DNA of 64,000 nucleotides. It comes from Candidatus Latescibacterota bacterium. GTDB taxonomy: Bacteria; Latescibacterota; UBA2968; UBA8231. A program made the position numbers and the translations under genes. The stretch's first letter is position 1, and each line of letters begins with the position of its first letter. This document shows, one piece after another, positions 20,310-30,820 of the stretch. The stretch spans positions 5,216,001-5,280,000 of the forward strand of contig OZ253462.1 in the NCBI GenBank assembly GCA_965261395.1, given 5' to 3'. The notes beneath the pieces are model-generated. The model had not been told where the DNA came from. It searched no databases and saw only the letters and a program-made list of their open reading frames with translations.

Positions 20310-21440
20310 CTAACGGAACCAATCGTACGTCAGCGCCAAGCTGCGGTCGGCCAGCGGCAATTCCACCCGCTCGCCGCCTTGGGCCGCCGACCGCTTCAGC
20401 CCCAGTTCCACTTCCAGCGCGACCGCGACCCGCCGCCCGGAATTTTTCGGCTCGTCCAACCGCCCCTCCATGCAGGCGATCAGGTCGTCGAGACAGTACA
20501 CCGTCCGCATCCCCGACAAAAACTGCGGCGCGGGCCACGGCATTTCCACCCGCCCTGCCGCCGGTGTTTCCACGTCTTGATAGAGCCGCCACCGATTGTG
20601 CTCAAAGACCATCTCCCCCCGACTCCCCGAAATCCGCACCTCGGGCGCGCCAGCACGGATGTGGACCACCAAGCCATCGCTGCACGCGATCATTCCCTGC
20701 CCCATGAACTCAGTGCTGCCGCGCTCCCGCCGCGGCTGATCGCCCGTGCCGCACACCCAGATCGGATCGCCGGTCAAAAAGTAGCTCCAGTCCTGATGCT
20801 GAGCGAAAACCGGAACCCGCGCTTCGAGTGACCGCACCTGACCAATCACCCCCTCCTCTACCAACGACTTGGCCCGCGCAAACGACGGATGCGAAACACT
20901 CGTCGCCCCACCCACTAACGGCACCCCGGCCTCGGCGCAAGCTCCGACCATGGCGTCGGCGTCGGCCAGCGAGAACACCATCGGCTTATCTACCAACACG
21001 CCTCGCACCCCAGCGGCGACCGCGGCGACCGTCAGCGCGGACCGCCCCTCCGTGTTCGTCGCAATCGCCACAATGTCTAGCCGCTCCTCGTCCAACATCT
21101 CCTGCGCATCCGCGTACAGAGCTTCAATGCCGTAGCGTTCCCCGTACATAGCCCGCCGCCGTGGATCCCGGTCGGCCCCGGCCACCAATTCCACTTCGGG
21201 CCGGTCGAAAAGGGCCGCAGCATACGAAGTAGCCAGCCCCTCCTGCCCAGGGTGATCGTAGAGGTGAAACGTCCGCTTGACATCGAGTCCGTCCGGCAGG
21301 GGCCGGTCGGCACTTTCAACATCGTATATCGGCGTCTGATACGACCCGCCAATGCGCTCGTAGTCGCGCTTGCCCAAGTCGTAGAGAAACCCCATCCACC
21401 CCAAGCCGATGACGCCGGCGCGATATTTTCTTTGTTCCAT
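20310..21440 (-). CDS. Gfo/Idh/MocA family oxidoreductase
   Basis: VIGLGWMG, DIVAIAT, VDKPM. Confidence 0.85.
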   Translation of the reverse strand: MEQRKYRAGVIGLGWMGFLYDLGKRDYERIGGSYQTPIYDVESADRPLPDGLDVKRTFHLYDHPGQEGLATSYAAALFDRPEVELVAGADRDPRRRAMYGERYGIEALYADAQEMLDEERLDIVAIATNTEGRSALTVAAVAAGVRGVLVDKPMVFSLADADAMVGACAEAGVPLVGGATSVSHPSFARAKSLVEEGVIGQVRSLEARVPVFAQHQDWSYFLTGDPIWVCGTGDQPRRERGSTEFMGQGMIACSDGLVVHIRAGAPEVRISGSRGEMVFEHNRWRLYQDVETPAAGRVEMPWPAPQFLSGMRTVYCLDDLIACMEGRLDEPKNSGRRVAVALEVELGLKRSAAQGGERVELPLADRSLALTYDWFR

Positions 21441-21446
21441 GCGAAA

Positions 21447-22415
21447 TTAATCTCCTCGTCCCGCTCTGTGCCTCCCCGCCATGCGGCGGATCAACTCGTC
21501 GGCGATGACCCCCGCTAAAATCACCGCACCGATAATGGCAAATTCGAGTTGGGTGGGAATGCCGGAGATATTGATGGCATTGTAGAGCAATCTCATGACC
21601 GCCGCGCCAATGACGACCCCCAAAATCGATCCCTCACCGCCGCGTAGGGAACAGCCCCCCAACACGGCCGCGGCAATCGCATACAGCTCGTAGAAATTGC
21701 CGTGGGCGGCCGGTTGCACCGAGTTGACGTCGAGAGCGAAGAGGATACCCCCCAAACCAGCGGTGCCCGAGCATAAGACGTACGCCAACACTTTCATCCG
21801 CTCAATTTGGATCCCGCTGTAGCGCGCCGCGGTCTCGTTGCGGCCCAGTGCCAACAGGTAGCGACCCCATATCGTGCGGTTGAGGAAAAGGGCGGCGAGG
21901 ACTCCGACAATCAGCAAGAGGAAAAACGGAATCGGCAGCGCAAAGCCACTGCCCAACGGGACCTTGCCAATCGCCAGTTGGCGCAGGCCCTCGTAGGACG
22001 AGCCAAAGCCCTGCACTTGGTCGTGGGTCAGCCAGCGGGCAAAGCCTCGGTAGAACAGCAGACCACACAGCGTGACGACAAACGGCTGTAGCCCTAGGCG
22101 CGTGATTAGCAAGCCGTGCATCAACCCAATGGCCAAGGACAAAACCACCACGGCCAACAGCGCAATGGCCGGCGCGTACCCAGCGACCAACAGCATGGGC
22201 AGCAGACAACCGACCAAGCCGATCAACGAGCCAATCGACAAGTCAATACCGCCCGTGATAATGACAAAGGCCACGCCGATGGAAATGATGCCAAATAGCG
22301 AGGTCCAGCGGATGATATTTTGCAAGTTATAGGCGCTGGCAAACTTAGGTTCGACGACCCAAGTGACCACAAAAATCGTCACCAACAAGCCGAGGATACC
22401 CAGTACTTTCTTCAT
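21447..22415 (-). CDS. Sugar ABC transporter permease (RbsC-like)
   Basis: GGIDLSIG, GRNETAARYSG, ELYAIAAAVLGG. Confidence 0.92.
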   Translation of the reverse strand: MKKVLGILGLLVTIFVVTWVVEPKFASAYNLQNIIRWTSLFGIISIGVAFVIITGGIDLSIGSLIGLVGCLLPMLLVAGYAPAIALLAVVVLSLAIGLMHGLLITRLGLQPFVVTLCGLLFYRGFARWLTHDQVQGFGSSYEGLRQLAIGKVPLGSGFALPIPFFLLLIVGVLAALFLNRTIWGRYLLALGRNETAARYSGIQIERMKVLAYVLCSGTAGLGGILFALDVNSVQPAAHGNFYELYAIAAAVLGGCSLRGGEGSILGVVIGAAVMRLLYNAINISGIPTQLEFAIIGAVILAGVIADELIRRMAGRHRAGRGD

Positions 22416-22418
22416 CTT

Positions 22419-23909
22419 TTAAGCCGCCTTACCCGTCGCCAAGTGCATAATCGCCTCCTCGCTGAGCGCGTCCCGCTGGAGCTGGCCGGTAATGCGGCCC
22501 TCGTGCATGACCAACACCTCATCGGCCATCCCCAGAATTTCCTCCAACTCACTCGACGTAAACAGCACCGCTACGCCGCTTTCGGCCAACTCTTCCATCA
22601 GGCGGTAAATCGCTTGTTTGGCTCCTATGTCGATGCCGCGAGTCGGTTCGTCGAGCAGCAACACGCGGGGCGCGAGAGCCAGCCACTTGGCCAGCACCGC
22701 CTTTTGCTGGTTGCCACCGGATAGGTACTGAACGATTTGGGCCGGGCCGGGGGTGCGGATGGCGAGGCGCTCAATCATCTGGTCGGCGTCTGCGGCTTGG
22801 CGGGCAAAATTGGCCCAACCGGCAAAGTGCTGATAGTGCCCCAAGCCGGGCAAGCCGATGTTGTCGCACAGGGCCATTTCGAGGATCAGGCCCTGTTGCT
22901 TGCGGTCTTCGGGCACGAGGGCTAAGCCAGCGCGAATGGCGTCGGCCGGCGAGCGGATCACCTGCGGTGCGCCGTCGATGAGAACGCGGCCTCCGAGCGC
23001 GGGAACCAGGCCGAACAGCACCTCTAACAGCTCGGTGCGCCCCGCGCCGACCAGACCGGCGATGCCGACGAGCTGACCGCGCCGGATCGCGAAATTGAGC
23101 CGGTGAGCGGGCCAAGCAGGGATGACCAAGTCCTCGGCTTGGAGGGCGATGTCGCCGGCTGGATGTGCTTGGTGCGCGTAGTACTGGGCAATGTCGCGGC
23201 CGACCATCTTCGCCACCATGGCGTCGTGGCTGATCTCCGCGCGGGCCAGCTCGCCGGCGTTTTTCCCGTCGCGGAGGATCATAACCCGGTCGGCTAGAGC
23301 TTCTACCTCTCCGAGGCGGTGGGAGATATAGACGATGGCCACGCCGCGCTCACGCAGCTCGTTGATGACCGCGAATAGGGCCTCGGCCTCTTGGCTGGTG
23401 AGGCTGGAGGTCGGCTCGTCCATAATCAGCACCCGCGCCTCGGTCGAGAGCGCCTTGGCGATTTCGACGAGCTGCTGGTGGCCAATGGGCAAGTCGCCCA
23501 TCAGGGTATCCGGCGACACCTCGAGCCCGAGTTGTGCGAGGGCTTGGACGGCCCCCCGGCGGACGGTAGCGCGGTCGATCAGCCCCCACTTATGCGGCTC
23601 GCGGCCGAGGTAGAGGTTGGCGGCGACCGAGAGATTGGCGCAAAAGTTGAGTTCTTGATGGATCAGGGCGATGCCGAGCGCAGTAGCACGGCGCGGCGAG
23701 TCGATTATCACCGACTCCCCATCGCGCACAATCTGGCCGCTGTCCGGGGTCTCAATGCCGGCGAGAATTTTCATCAGGGTGGATTTGCCAGCCCCGTTTT
23801 CGCCGATGACGGCGAGGACTTCTCCTGCCTCCACCGCCATGTCCACTGCGTCGAGGGCACGGACCCCGGGAAAGCGCTTGCTAATGCCGCGGGCGGCCAA
23901 CAGCGTCAT
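22419..23909 (-). CDS. Sugar ABC transporter ATP-binding protein (RbsA-like)
   Basis: GENGAGKS, DEPTS, LSGGNQQK, DEPTRGID; tandem NBDs. Confidence 0.95.
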   Translation of the reverse strand: MTLLAARGISKRFPGVRALDAVDMAVEAGEVLAVIGENGAGKSTLMKILAGIETPDSGQIVRDGESVIIDSPRRATALGIALIHQELNFCANLSVAANLYLGREPHKWGLIDRATVRRGAVQALAQLGLEVSPDTLMGDLPIGHQQLVEIAKALSTEARVLIMDEPTSSLTSQEAEALFAVINELRERGVAIVYISHRLGEVEALADRVMILRDGKNAGELARAEISHDAMVAKMVGRDIAQYYAHQAHPAGDIALQAEDLVIPAWPAHRLNFAIRRGQLVGIAGLVGAGRTELLEVLFGLVPALGGRVLIDGAPQVIRSPADAIRAGLALVPEDRKQQGLILEMALCDNIGLPGLGHYQHFAGWANFARQAADADQMIERLAIRTPGPAQIVQYLSGGNQQKAVLAKWLALAPRVLLLDEPTRGIDIGAKQAIYRLMEELAESGVAVLFTSSELEEILGMADEVLVMHEGRITGQLQRDALSEEAIMHLATGKAA

Positions 23910-24901
23910 TAGTGAGTGCCGGTCAGGGTTTTCAGTTCATCCCAAAAGGCTTCGACATTGTCGCGGCGGATGGACCGCGCTGGTACGTCGAGTACTCCAC
24001 CATCGGGCAAGACCGAGCGGTCGCCGCGGGCAAGGGCAGCGAGGATCCGCACCGACTCGTACCCGTAGCGATACGGATTTTGCACCACCGTGCCGTAAAT
24101 GTGGCCGTCGATGATGCCTTGGAGGGTGGGGGCTTCCTCGTCAAAGGCGATGATTTGGATCTGGCCGGTCTTGCCAGCTTCCTTGATCGCTTCGAGGCAC
24201 ATCGGCGGATTGTAGGCAAAGAGGCCGACGACGCCGTGCAGGTCCGGGTACTTGGCAATGGCGTCCTCGACTTGGGCCTTGGCCTTAGCGTAGTCGAACT
24301 GGTCGGTGCGGGTGTCGAGAATGGTGTATTGGTCGCCGGCGATCGGACCGCTGTTCGGGTCGTGGCGCGTCGGATCAAAGGAGCGCCCGAGCAATTCGTC
24401 GATGAGGCCCTGGCGGCGCTGGCGGGCGTTGAGCTGTTCGAGGCGACCAACGAAGATCATGATGTTTCCGCCGTCGGGCAGAGCCTCTTTGACCAGCGCC
24501 CCGCAGACGCGGCCAGCCGAGTAGTTGTCGATGCCAATAAAGCAAAGGCGGTTGCTTTGCGGAGCGTCCGAGTCGTGGGTGAGCAGGTTGGTGCGGGCGG
24601 CGGCTTCGTTGAGCAGGCCAGTCTGATTGTCCGGGTCGATAGGGCTTATGGCCATGCCGTCGATTCCTCGGGCAAGCAGGGCTTGAATGATGCGCTTCTG
24701 ATCGGCGACCCCCTCGCCGGGCATTTGCACCTCAGCGTCGGCGGCAAATTCGGCGGCAGCGGCTTCGACCCCTTTGGTGGCAATGGTCCAAAAGGGGCCA
24801 ACGCCATTGGTGACAAAGGCGATTTGGGGCTTGGCCGCCGGTTGCGGCGCGTCGCTACAGGCGATAACAATCAAGGCGAGGAGCAAAAGGGACGTTTTCA
24901 T
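23909..24901 (-). CDS. Sugar ABC substrate-binding lipoprotein
   Basis: Lipobox [20 protein letters not shown]. Confidence 0.9.
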   Translation of the reverse strand: MKTSLLLLALIVIACSDAPQPAAKPQIAFVTNGVGPFWTIATKGVEAAAAEFAADAEVQMPGEGVADQKRIIQALLARGIDGMAISPIDPDNQTGLLNEAAARTNLLTHDSDAPQSNRLCFIGIDNYSAGRVCGALVKEALPDGGNIMIFVGRLEQLNARQRRQGLIDELLGRSFDPTRHDPNSGPIAGDQYTILDTRTDQFDYAKAKAQVEDAIAKYPDLHGVVGLFAYNPPMCLEAIKEAGKTGQIQIIAFDEEAPTLQGIIDGHIYGTVVQNPYRYGYESVRILAALARGDRSVLPDGGVLDVPARSIRRDNVEAFWDELKTLTGTH

Positions 24902-25070
24902 AATTATCTCGCTAGGAGGTTTAAGGACGCGACACCCGCTCTATGGCCGTCGCGCCCTCGACGAGAGCAGGATACTCGTAGGAGCTAACTCTGTTGCCCC
25001 CGCGAATGCGGAATGCCTATGTTACGTCCGGCAAAAAGGAAGCGCAAGATTAACGATAGAAGGAGGGGCC

Positions 25071-26192
25071 ATGCAAAAGTACTTCACCGCGTCTTTAGGC
25101 GTGACCAGCGCAATGTTACTAGCGGTCGCCTTGGCCGCCACCGCAGGAGAGGCCAACGTGAGCAAAGACAGCTTTGGAACCACCGCGACGGGACAGCCCG
25201 TCGATCGCTATACCCTCGCAAACGACCACGGCACTATAGCCCGCGTCATCACCTATGGTGGGATCATCACCGAACTCCTCGTGCGCGATCGCGCCGGCAC
25301 GCTGGGTGATGTAGTGCTAGGCTTTGACCACTTGGAGCAGTACGAGAAGGAAAATCCGTACTTCGGCTGTATCACCGGGCGAGTCGCCAACCGCATCGCC
25401 GGCGGCAAATTCTCCCTAGATGGTCAAGAGTACATGCTCGCAGTCAACAACGGGCCTAATCACCTACACGGTGGGCTAGTGGGCTTCGACAAGGTCGTCT
25501 GGGACGCCGAGGTCGTGGACGATACACGCGGGCCGGCAGTGCGCTTGCGTTACGTGAGTCAAGACGGCGAGGAGGGCTATCCAGGCACTGTGCCGGTGAG
25601 CGTGACGTACACCTTGACCCACGACGATGCCCTAGTCATCGCATACGAGGCGACCACGGACAAGCCTACGCCGATTAATCTGACCAACCACTCCTATTTC
25701 AACTTGGCCGGCAGCGGCCCCGTGCTCGGGCATATCCTCACCCTCCACGCCCGCTACTACACCGAGCCGGACGCCAACCAAGTTCCCACTGGGCGCATTT
25801 TGCCGGTGGCCGACACCCCCCTCGACTTTGTCAAACCAGCCGCCATTGGTGGGCGAATTGGGCAGATCGGGCAGGTCGGCGGCTACGACCACAACTACGT
25901 ACTCGACAATGGGGGTCGGGCTGAGCCGGGGCTAGCCGCCGAGGTGTACGAGCCGGAGAGCGGGCGGGTGATGGAGCTGTACACCACCGAGCCGGGCGTG
26001 CAGTTTTACTCGGCCATCCACCTCGATGGAGTGCAGGGCAAGGGCGGAACAATCTACAATCAGTATCACGGCCTGTGCCTAGAGACCCAGCACTATCCCG
26101 ACTCGATCAATCAGCCGGGCTTTCCGTCGGTGGTATTGCGTCCGGGGGAGATCTACCGGACGGTTACAATCCACAAGTTTTCGACGCGGTAA
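25071..26192 (+). CDS. galM: Aldose 1-epimerase (galactose mutarotase), with signal peptide
   Basis: GRVANRI, NHLHGG, NLTNHSYFNL, GYDHNY, CLETQ; start ATG 25071 after AGGAGG. Confidence 0.9.
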   Translation: MQKYFTASLGVTSAMLLAVALAATAGEANVSKDSFGTTATGQPVDRYTLANDHGTIARVITYGGIITELLVRDRAGTLGDVVLGFDHLEQYEKENPYFGCITGRVANRIAGGKFSLDGQEYMLAVNNGPNHLHGGLVGFDKVVWDAEVVDDTRGPAVRLRYVSQDGEEGYPGTVPVSVTYTLTHDDALVIAYEATTDKPTPINLTNHSYFNLAGSGPVLGHILTLHARYYTEPDANQVPTGRILPVADTPLDFVKPAAIGGRIGQIGQVGGYDHNYVLDNGGRAEPGLAAEVYEPESGRVMELYTTEPGVQFYSAIHLDGVQGKGGTIYNQYHGLCLETQHYPDSINQPGFPSVVLRPGEIYRTVTIHKFSTR

Positions 26193-26225
26193 GGAGCCGC
26201 TTTTGCAGCGCCGATGGCCTGTGAG

Positions 26226-26984
26226 TTAGCCCGTCCAAGGCTCGGGATCGGCGAATAAGCAGCGGGCCGCCGGGCGCAAGCGCTGAGCGGCTGCCGGGCT
26301 GAGGGCACTGGAAAAGACCATGTGCGGGTCGTCGCGGCGGCAGAAAAAACTGGTGAGACTGCGGCGACTGCTAGCACTGCGGTTGCAGGTGGTGCCGTGC
26401 CAGACGTGGCTGTTGAAGACGGCGACCGTGCCAGCCGCGCCGAGCAACAGCTTTTGACGCGGGTGATCTGCGGCGGGGTCCTCCAGCGCCTCTTTGGGAT
26501 CTCCACCACTTCGATGCGTACCGGGAATCACCCGCGTGGCTCCGTTTTCCAGCGTGAATTCCGTCAGCATCCACAGCGAGTTGCACACGGCGTAGCGGCC
26601 TGCATGGGCCGCTGGACCGTTGTAATCGACGTGCAGAGCCTGCTGCTCGCCGCCGGACGGATGGGGCCGGCCGTGAACGCCGAAGGACTTGATAGAGCCG
26701 TCCAAGACGTGGCAGATGGCGGCCAAAACGCGCGGATGGGTAAAGCAGATGTCGAGCCCAGGGACTTTGTTCTGTATGTAGCTACTTTCGGCCGGGCCAT
26801 CCTTTTGCCCCGTGCCCTCGGCGGCGTACACCCCGTCCATTGCACTGCATATCGCGGCGATCTGCGCAGCCGAGAGGATATTGGGCAGGACCACGTAACC
26901 TTCGCGGTCCAAGTGCGCCTTCTCGCCCTGAGAGAGCGTATCGTCGCGCACCCCCAACTCGTATAAGGCCTCCTGTAGCGTCAT
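26226..26984 (-). CDS. PhyH family dioxygenase
   Basis: LHVD, NGATRVIPGTH, WHG. Confidence 0.88.
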   Translation of the reverse strand: MTLQEALYELGVRDDTLSQGEKAHLDREGYVVLPNILSAAQIAAICSAMDGVYAAEGTGQKDGPAESSYIQNKVPGLDICFTHPRVLAAICHVLDGSIKSFGVHGRPHPSGGEQQALHVDYNGPAAHAGRYAVCNSLWMLTEFTLENGATRVIPGTHRSGGDPKEALEDPAADHPRQKLLLGAAGTVAVFNSHVWHGTTCNRSASSRRSLTSFFCRRDDPHMVFSSALSPAAAQRLRPAARCLFADPEPWTG

Positions 26985-27037
26985 CCCCGATTATTTCGTT
27001 GCGACTTCACAATGGATTGCAGCTAATGGCTATTTGG

Positions 27038-27304
27038 TTATATCGCAATGACCTTTTTGGCCCCTTTACTCTCCGGCCAGGCAATATGAATACTCACCTC
27101 GCAATTTAGGCGTTCAAGGAACCGCATCAACCGTTCGATGCTGGAATAAGAAAACTTGCCGCTTTTAAGCCTGGAAATTTCTGATTGCTTAACTGCTAGA
27201 ATCCTCGCGGCCTTTGTCTGAGTCAGTTTGCGGTGTTCGAGAATCCGAAAAATTTCCGCACCAAGTTGGGCTTTGAGCAACTCTTCTTTCGATTTCTCGT
27301 CACT
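27038..27304 (-). pseudogene. XRE/HigA-like HTH antitoxin, N-terminus cut at a MITE
   Basis: SDEKSKEELLKAQL...LTQTKAARIL...QSEISRL...SIERLMRFL; the frame runs into the inverted-repeat element; no toxin adjacent. Confidence 0.65.
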
Positions 27305-27451
27305 AAGAAGCTGTTGAGTTGTTAGGAATAATCTACGAAAAAGGGTTGTTTTCAGCCGTATAACTCCATTTTGAAGGTCCCTGGGTGCAGAAAAATCCCC
27401 GTAGAAATGCCTGATTTTCCCGATATTCGTTTTTAACTCAACAGCTCTTAG
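27303..27451. mobile_element. MITE-like element (~149 bp)
   Basis: Terminal inverted repeats CTAAGA(A)GCTGTTGAGTT ... AACTCAACAGCTCTTAG; no long ORF. Confidence 0.65.
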
Positions 27452-27501
27452 AGGTCATTTTCCTTGCTTTTTTTGCAAAAAATGCACATATTATTGCCCT
27501 A

Positions 27502-28809
27502 ATGGGTTTGGAGGCCCAAATTATGTTGGTGTCATTTAGTCTACAGAATTATCGCTCGTTCTCATCTCGACAGACCATTTCAATGGTTGCCGGTGCTGGA
27601 GCAAAACGACACGAGGGATTCTCATTCCCCTCGGAAAATCCATTTTCCCCGTACCTTCTGCGGTCCGCCTGCTTGTTCGGGCCGAATGGTGCTGGTAAGT
27701 CGGCTCTGGTGGGAGCTTTAGATTTTTATAAAGATTTCACCGTTTCCTCAGCCAAGAACTCGCAAGAAGGCGAAAAAATCGATACAGTCCCTTTCAAGCT
27801 GGATGAGAAATGGCGAGGACAACCAACCGAACTCGAAGCAACGTTCATCCACAGTGGTGCTTTGTATCAATATGGTTTTGCGGTTGACAGAAATCGAGTG
27901 TGGGGCGAGTGGCTATTCTCCAAGCCAAATGCGCATGATAGAAAAATCCACACTTTATTCCAGCGAGAATATGATCCAGAAGCAGGAGAATATGTTTGGA
28001 ACATAAGCAAGACAAAAGTACGAGGTGAGAAGGAAGTTTGGAAAAATTCTACCCGAGACAATGCACTTTTCCTTTCAACAGCCATTCAATTGAAAGCCGA
28101 AGCCTTCAAGGAACCCTTTGATTGGATTCAGAACTATTTAAGGGTTATTGAGTCCACTGAACGGCTATTACCACGCTTCACCGCTCGCCAATGTGTGGAA
28201 GAAGGATGGAAGGGTAAAGTTCTCAATCTTCTGCGAGCGGTAGATATCAAAATCAAGGACATTGAGATTGATGTACGAGATATAGATCTGAAAGATTTTC
28301 CGGAAGATATGTTTTCAGACACGGTAAGTGAAGAAATAAAAAAGAGCTTGCAAGGGAAAAAACAATTTCAGATCAAGTCCTGTCATCAAGGTGCTGATGG
28401 GAATATAGTCGCCTTAGATTTTGACGAAGAATCTGACGGTAGTCAGGTTGTTTTCAACATTGCCGGTCCATGGCTGGATGTACTCAGCAATGGATACACA
28501 TTAGTTATCGACGAACTGCATAACAGCTTACATCCCCACGCCTTAAAATTCTTAATCAATTTGTTTCACGACACTGATATTAACACTAAGAACGCTCAGT
28601 TGATTCTGACCAGTCATGAAACGTCTGTGATGTCTAAAGGCTTCATGCATCAAGATCAAGTATGGCTTGTAGAAAATAATGAAGCAGAGGGTTCAAAACT
28701 AATCGCACTCTCTAACTATAAAGTACGTGACGTCTCAGCCTTTCAGAAAGCATATCTCGACGGTCGCTATGGTGCTGTCCCAAGTCTGAGAGAATTTGTG
28801 AATGCCTAG
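27502..28809 (+). CDS. AAA_21-type ATPase (RloA/AbiLi-like)
   Basis: Walker A GPNGAGKS, ESDGS, Walker B VIDE, LHP, TSH, YLDGRYGAVP tail; alternative start 27523. Confidence 0.88.
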   Translation: MGLEAQIMLVSFSLQNYRSFSSRQTISMVAGAGAKRHEGFSFPSENPFSPYLLRSACLFGPNGAGKSALVGALDFYKDFTVSSAKNSQEGEKIDTVPFKLDEKWRGQPTELEATFIHSGALYQYGFAVDRNRVWGEWLFSKPNAHDRKIHTLFQREYDPEAGEYVWNISKTKVRGEKEVWKNSTRDNALFLSTAIQLKAEAFKEPFDWIQNYLRVIESTERLLPRFTARQCVEEGWKGKVLNLLRAVDIKIKDIEIDVRDIDLKDFPEDMFSDTVSEEIKKSLQGKKQFQIKSCHQGADGNIVALDFDEESDGSQVVFNIAGPWLDVLSNGYTLVIDELHNSLHPHALKFLINLFHDTDINTKNAQLILTSHETSVMSKGFMHQDQVWLVENNEAEGSKLIALSNYKVRDVSAFQKAYLDGRYGAVPSLREFVNA

Positions 28810-29566
28810 TCGTAGTGACAAGATTTTTCAAAAAAGGAAGGCGAAAAGTAAAAAAACCTTAAAACGTAGTAGAGCCACCTTTTCCGAAAGGAGAAGGGTA
28901 ATGATCGTCTGCGAAGGCGAAAAAACTGAACCTCTTTATTTTAAGGCGTTGGTGGCTCGCCTAGGTCTTACAACTGCCGAGGTAGAAGTTTGTGGTGAAT
29001 GTGGCTCGGCACCGAAAAGCGTAGTAAGATTTGGTAAGAAAAAATTTGATTGTGACCCCGATTTTGATCTGATTTTTTTTGTTTTTGATAGAGATTCCCA
29101 CCCTGACTACGATGATGCTATAAGGCTAGTACAGCAATTCCAACTCCAGAGAAAACTTAAAGGAAAGACTGTTGCAGCGATTACTTCGAATCCTTGTTTT
29201 GAAGTTTGGTTTATGCTGCATTTTGAGGCATTCAGAAAACCTTGCGCAGTGGGTGGAGGGAAATCTCCATGCGGCAATTTAATTTCTTTGCTAAAAAGAA
29301 AGCCGGAGTTTGGAGATTACGAAAAGGGTCAGGGTAATCACTTTGAGATTCTATATAGTCGTCTGCCGAAAGCAAGACTAAATGCCGCTCTAACCTTGCA
29401 GCAGAGCCGAGAGATAGGAGATCGTGAACATCACGGAAACCCGACAACGTTTGTGCACTTACTGATTGATGAGCTAGAAGGTGTGGCAGCGACATACAAG
29501 AGATATGGGGAGATAACAGAAGAACAGAAGAAGGCCAAAACGGCTCACCCGCATGTGAAAGCCTGA
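28802..29566 (+). CDS. rloB: RloB family (TOPRIM-like, AbiLii-like) protein
   Basis: CEGEKTE, VFDRD, SNPCFEVW, NPTT; overlaps the ATPase stop. Confidence 0.85.
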   Translation: MPSRSDKIFQKRKAKSKKTLKRSRATFSERRRVMIVCEGEKTEPLYFKALVARLGLTTAEVEVCGECGSAPKSVVRFGKKKFDCDPDFDLIFFVFDRDSHPDYDDAIRLVQQFQLQRKLKGKTVAAITSNPCFEVWFMLHFEAFRKPCAVGGGKSPCGNLISLLKRKPEFGDYEKGQGNHFEILYSRLPKARLNAALTLQQSREIGDREHHGNPTTFVHLLIDELEGVAATYKRYGEITEEQKKAKTAHPHVKA

Positions 29567-29636
29567 GCTACAATACTGCGACAGAGTGCAGGGGTGCGTC
29601 ACGGTCGGAGGAGTTGCCCACGGCCATCCCTTCTGT

Positions 29637-30560
29637 TCAAGCCATTTCCCACCGCTCCCATCCCCGGTGCTCGTGCGTACCGCCGAAGTGTTGGGGATGG
29701 AAAATCTCGGCGAGAATTTCAGCCGATTCTACCAAGCGCGGCCCTGGACGGTTGAAAAACTGGTTGCCATCAGTAAAGAATACCTGCCCCTGCTGCACGG
29801 CTTGCAGCCGGGACCACAGCGGATGCTGGGTAAGCGCTGGCAATTCGCTTTGCGAACGGGGTATATCAAAACCGCAAGGCATCAAGACGATAATATCCGG
29901 CTGGGCCTTTTTGAGCATCTCCCAAGATAGCCAAGGGGAATGCGTCCCTGCCGCCGCGAAGAGGTTCTGACCACCGGCGATCTCCACCAATTCGGGAATC
30001 CAATTGCCCGCGGCCATCAGCGGCTCAAACCACTCGATGCAGGCAATGCGCGGACGATGGTCGATAGTACGAGTGCGAGCGGCGATTTGGTCCAGCCGAT
30101 CCCGTAATTGGGCCACCAAGGCGCGGCCCCGCTCCTCCACTTCTAGCGCCGCAGCCACCCGCTCAATATCACCCCAGACATCGGCTAACGCGTTAGGCTC
30201 CAACGACAGAATGGAGGGCCGGGAGCGCACCAATTGACAGGCGGCTTCTTCGACGTCTTTGAGACTGACGGCGCAAACCTCGCACTGCGATTGGGTCACC
30301 AACCAATCCGGGGCTAAGTCGTCGAGCAGGTCGGCGTCCACCCGGTACACCGAGGCAGCTTCCTGCAAGATAGCTTTGACCCGCTGATCAACCTGATATG
30401 AGGTCCCATCTGGGTCGAATTTGGGAGCCGTGCAAGCGGGTAGGTCGCCGACGCCGGGCGGATAGTCGCACTCGTGAGAGCGGCCGACCAAGTGCTCGCC
30501 GCAGCCGAGGGCGCAGATGATTTCAGTACTGCTAGGCAGGAGGGAAACGATGCGGCTCAT
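29637..30560 (-). CDS. Cobalamin/Fe-siderophore-type binding protein (BtuF-like, no signal peptide)
   Basis: RIVSLLPSSTE, GRSHECDYP, FNRPGPRL. Confidence 0.8.
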   Translation of the reverse strand: MSRIVSLLPSSTEIICALGCGEHLVGRSHECDYPPGVGDLPACTAPKFDPDGTSYQVDQRVKAILQEAASVYRVDADLLDDLAPDWLVTQSQCEVCAVSLKDVEEAACQLVRSRPSILSLEPNALADVWGDIERVAAALEVEERGRALVAQLRDRLDQIAARTRTIDHRPRIACIEWFEPLMAAGNWIPELVEIAGGQNLFAAAGTHSPWLSWEMLKKAQPDIIVLMPCGFDIPRSQSELPALTQHPLWSRLQAVQQGQVFFTDGNQFFNRPGPRLVESAEILAEIFHPQHFGGTHEHRGWERWEMA

Positions 30561-30820
30561 AGGACAACGCTGCTCAGTTTCCGCATCCGTTTGACGTGGC
30601 TCAAGCGGGCGGCAAAATCCAATACGGCGAGGATGTCCAGCGCTTCCAGATCGTCGTAATCGGCGAGGATGTCCTCGTGCGTCATCCCCGCGCTCAATAG
30701 CTCCAAGATCGTCTCGACGGGATACCGCAGGCCGCGAATGCAGGGTTTCCCATGACAGATTTCAGGATCGATGGTAATTCGGGCGCTCAGATCTGTCGAA
30801 TCGTTCAATTGCTGCGTCAT
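30557..30820 (-). CDS. DUF433 antitoxin-type protein
   Basis: RITIDPEICHGKPCIRGLRYPVETILELL...ILADY..L; no PIN partner follows. Confidence 0.9.
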   Translation of the reverse strand: MTQQLNDSTDLSARITIDPEICHGKPCIRGLRYPVETILELLSAGMTHEDILADYDDLEALDILAVLDFAARLSHVKRMRKLSSVVL

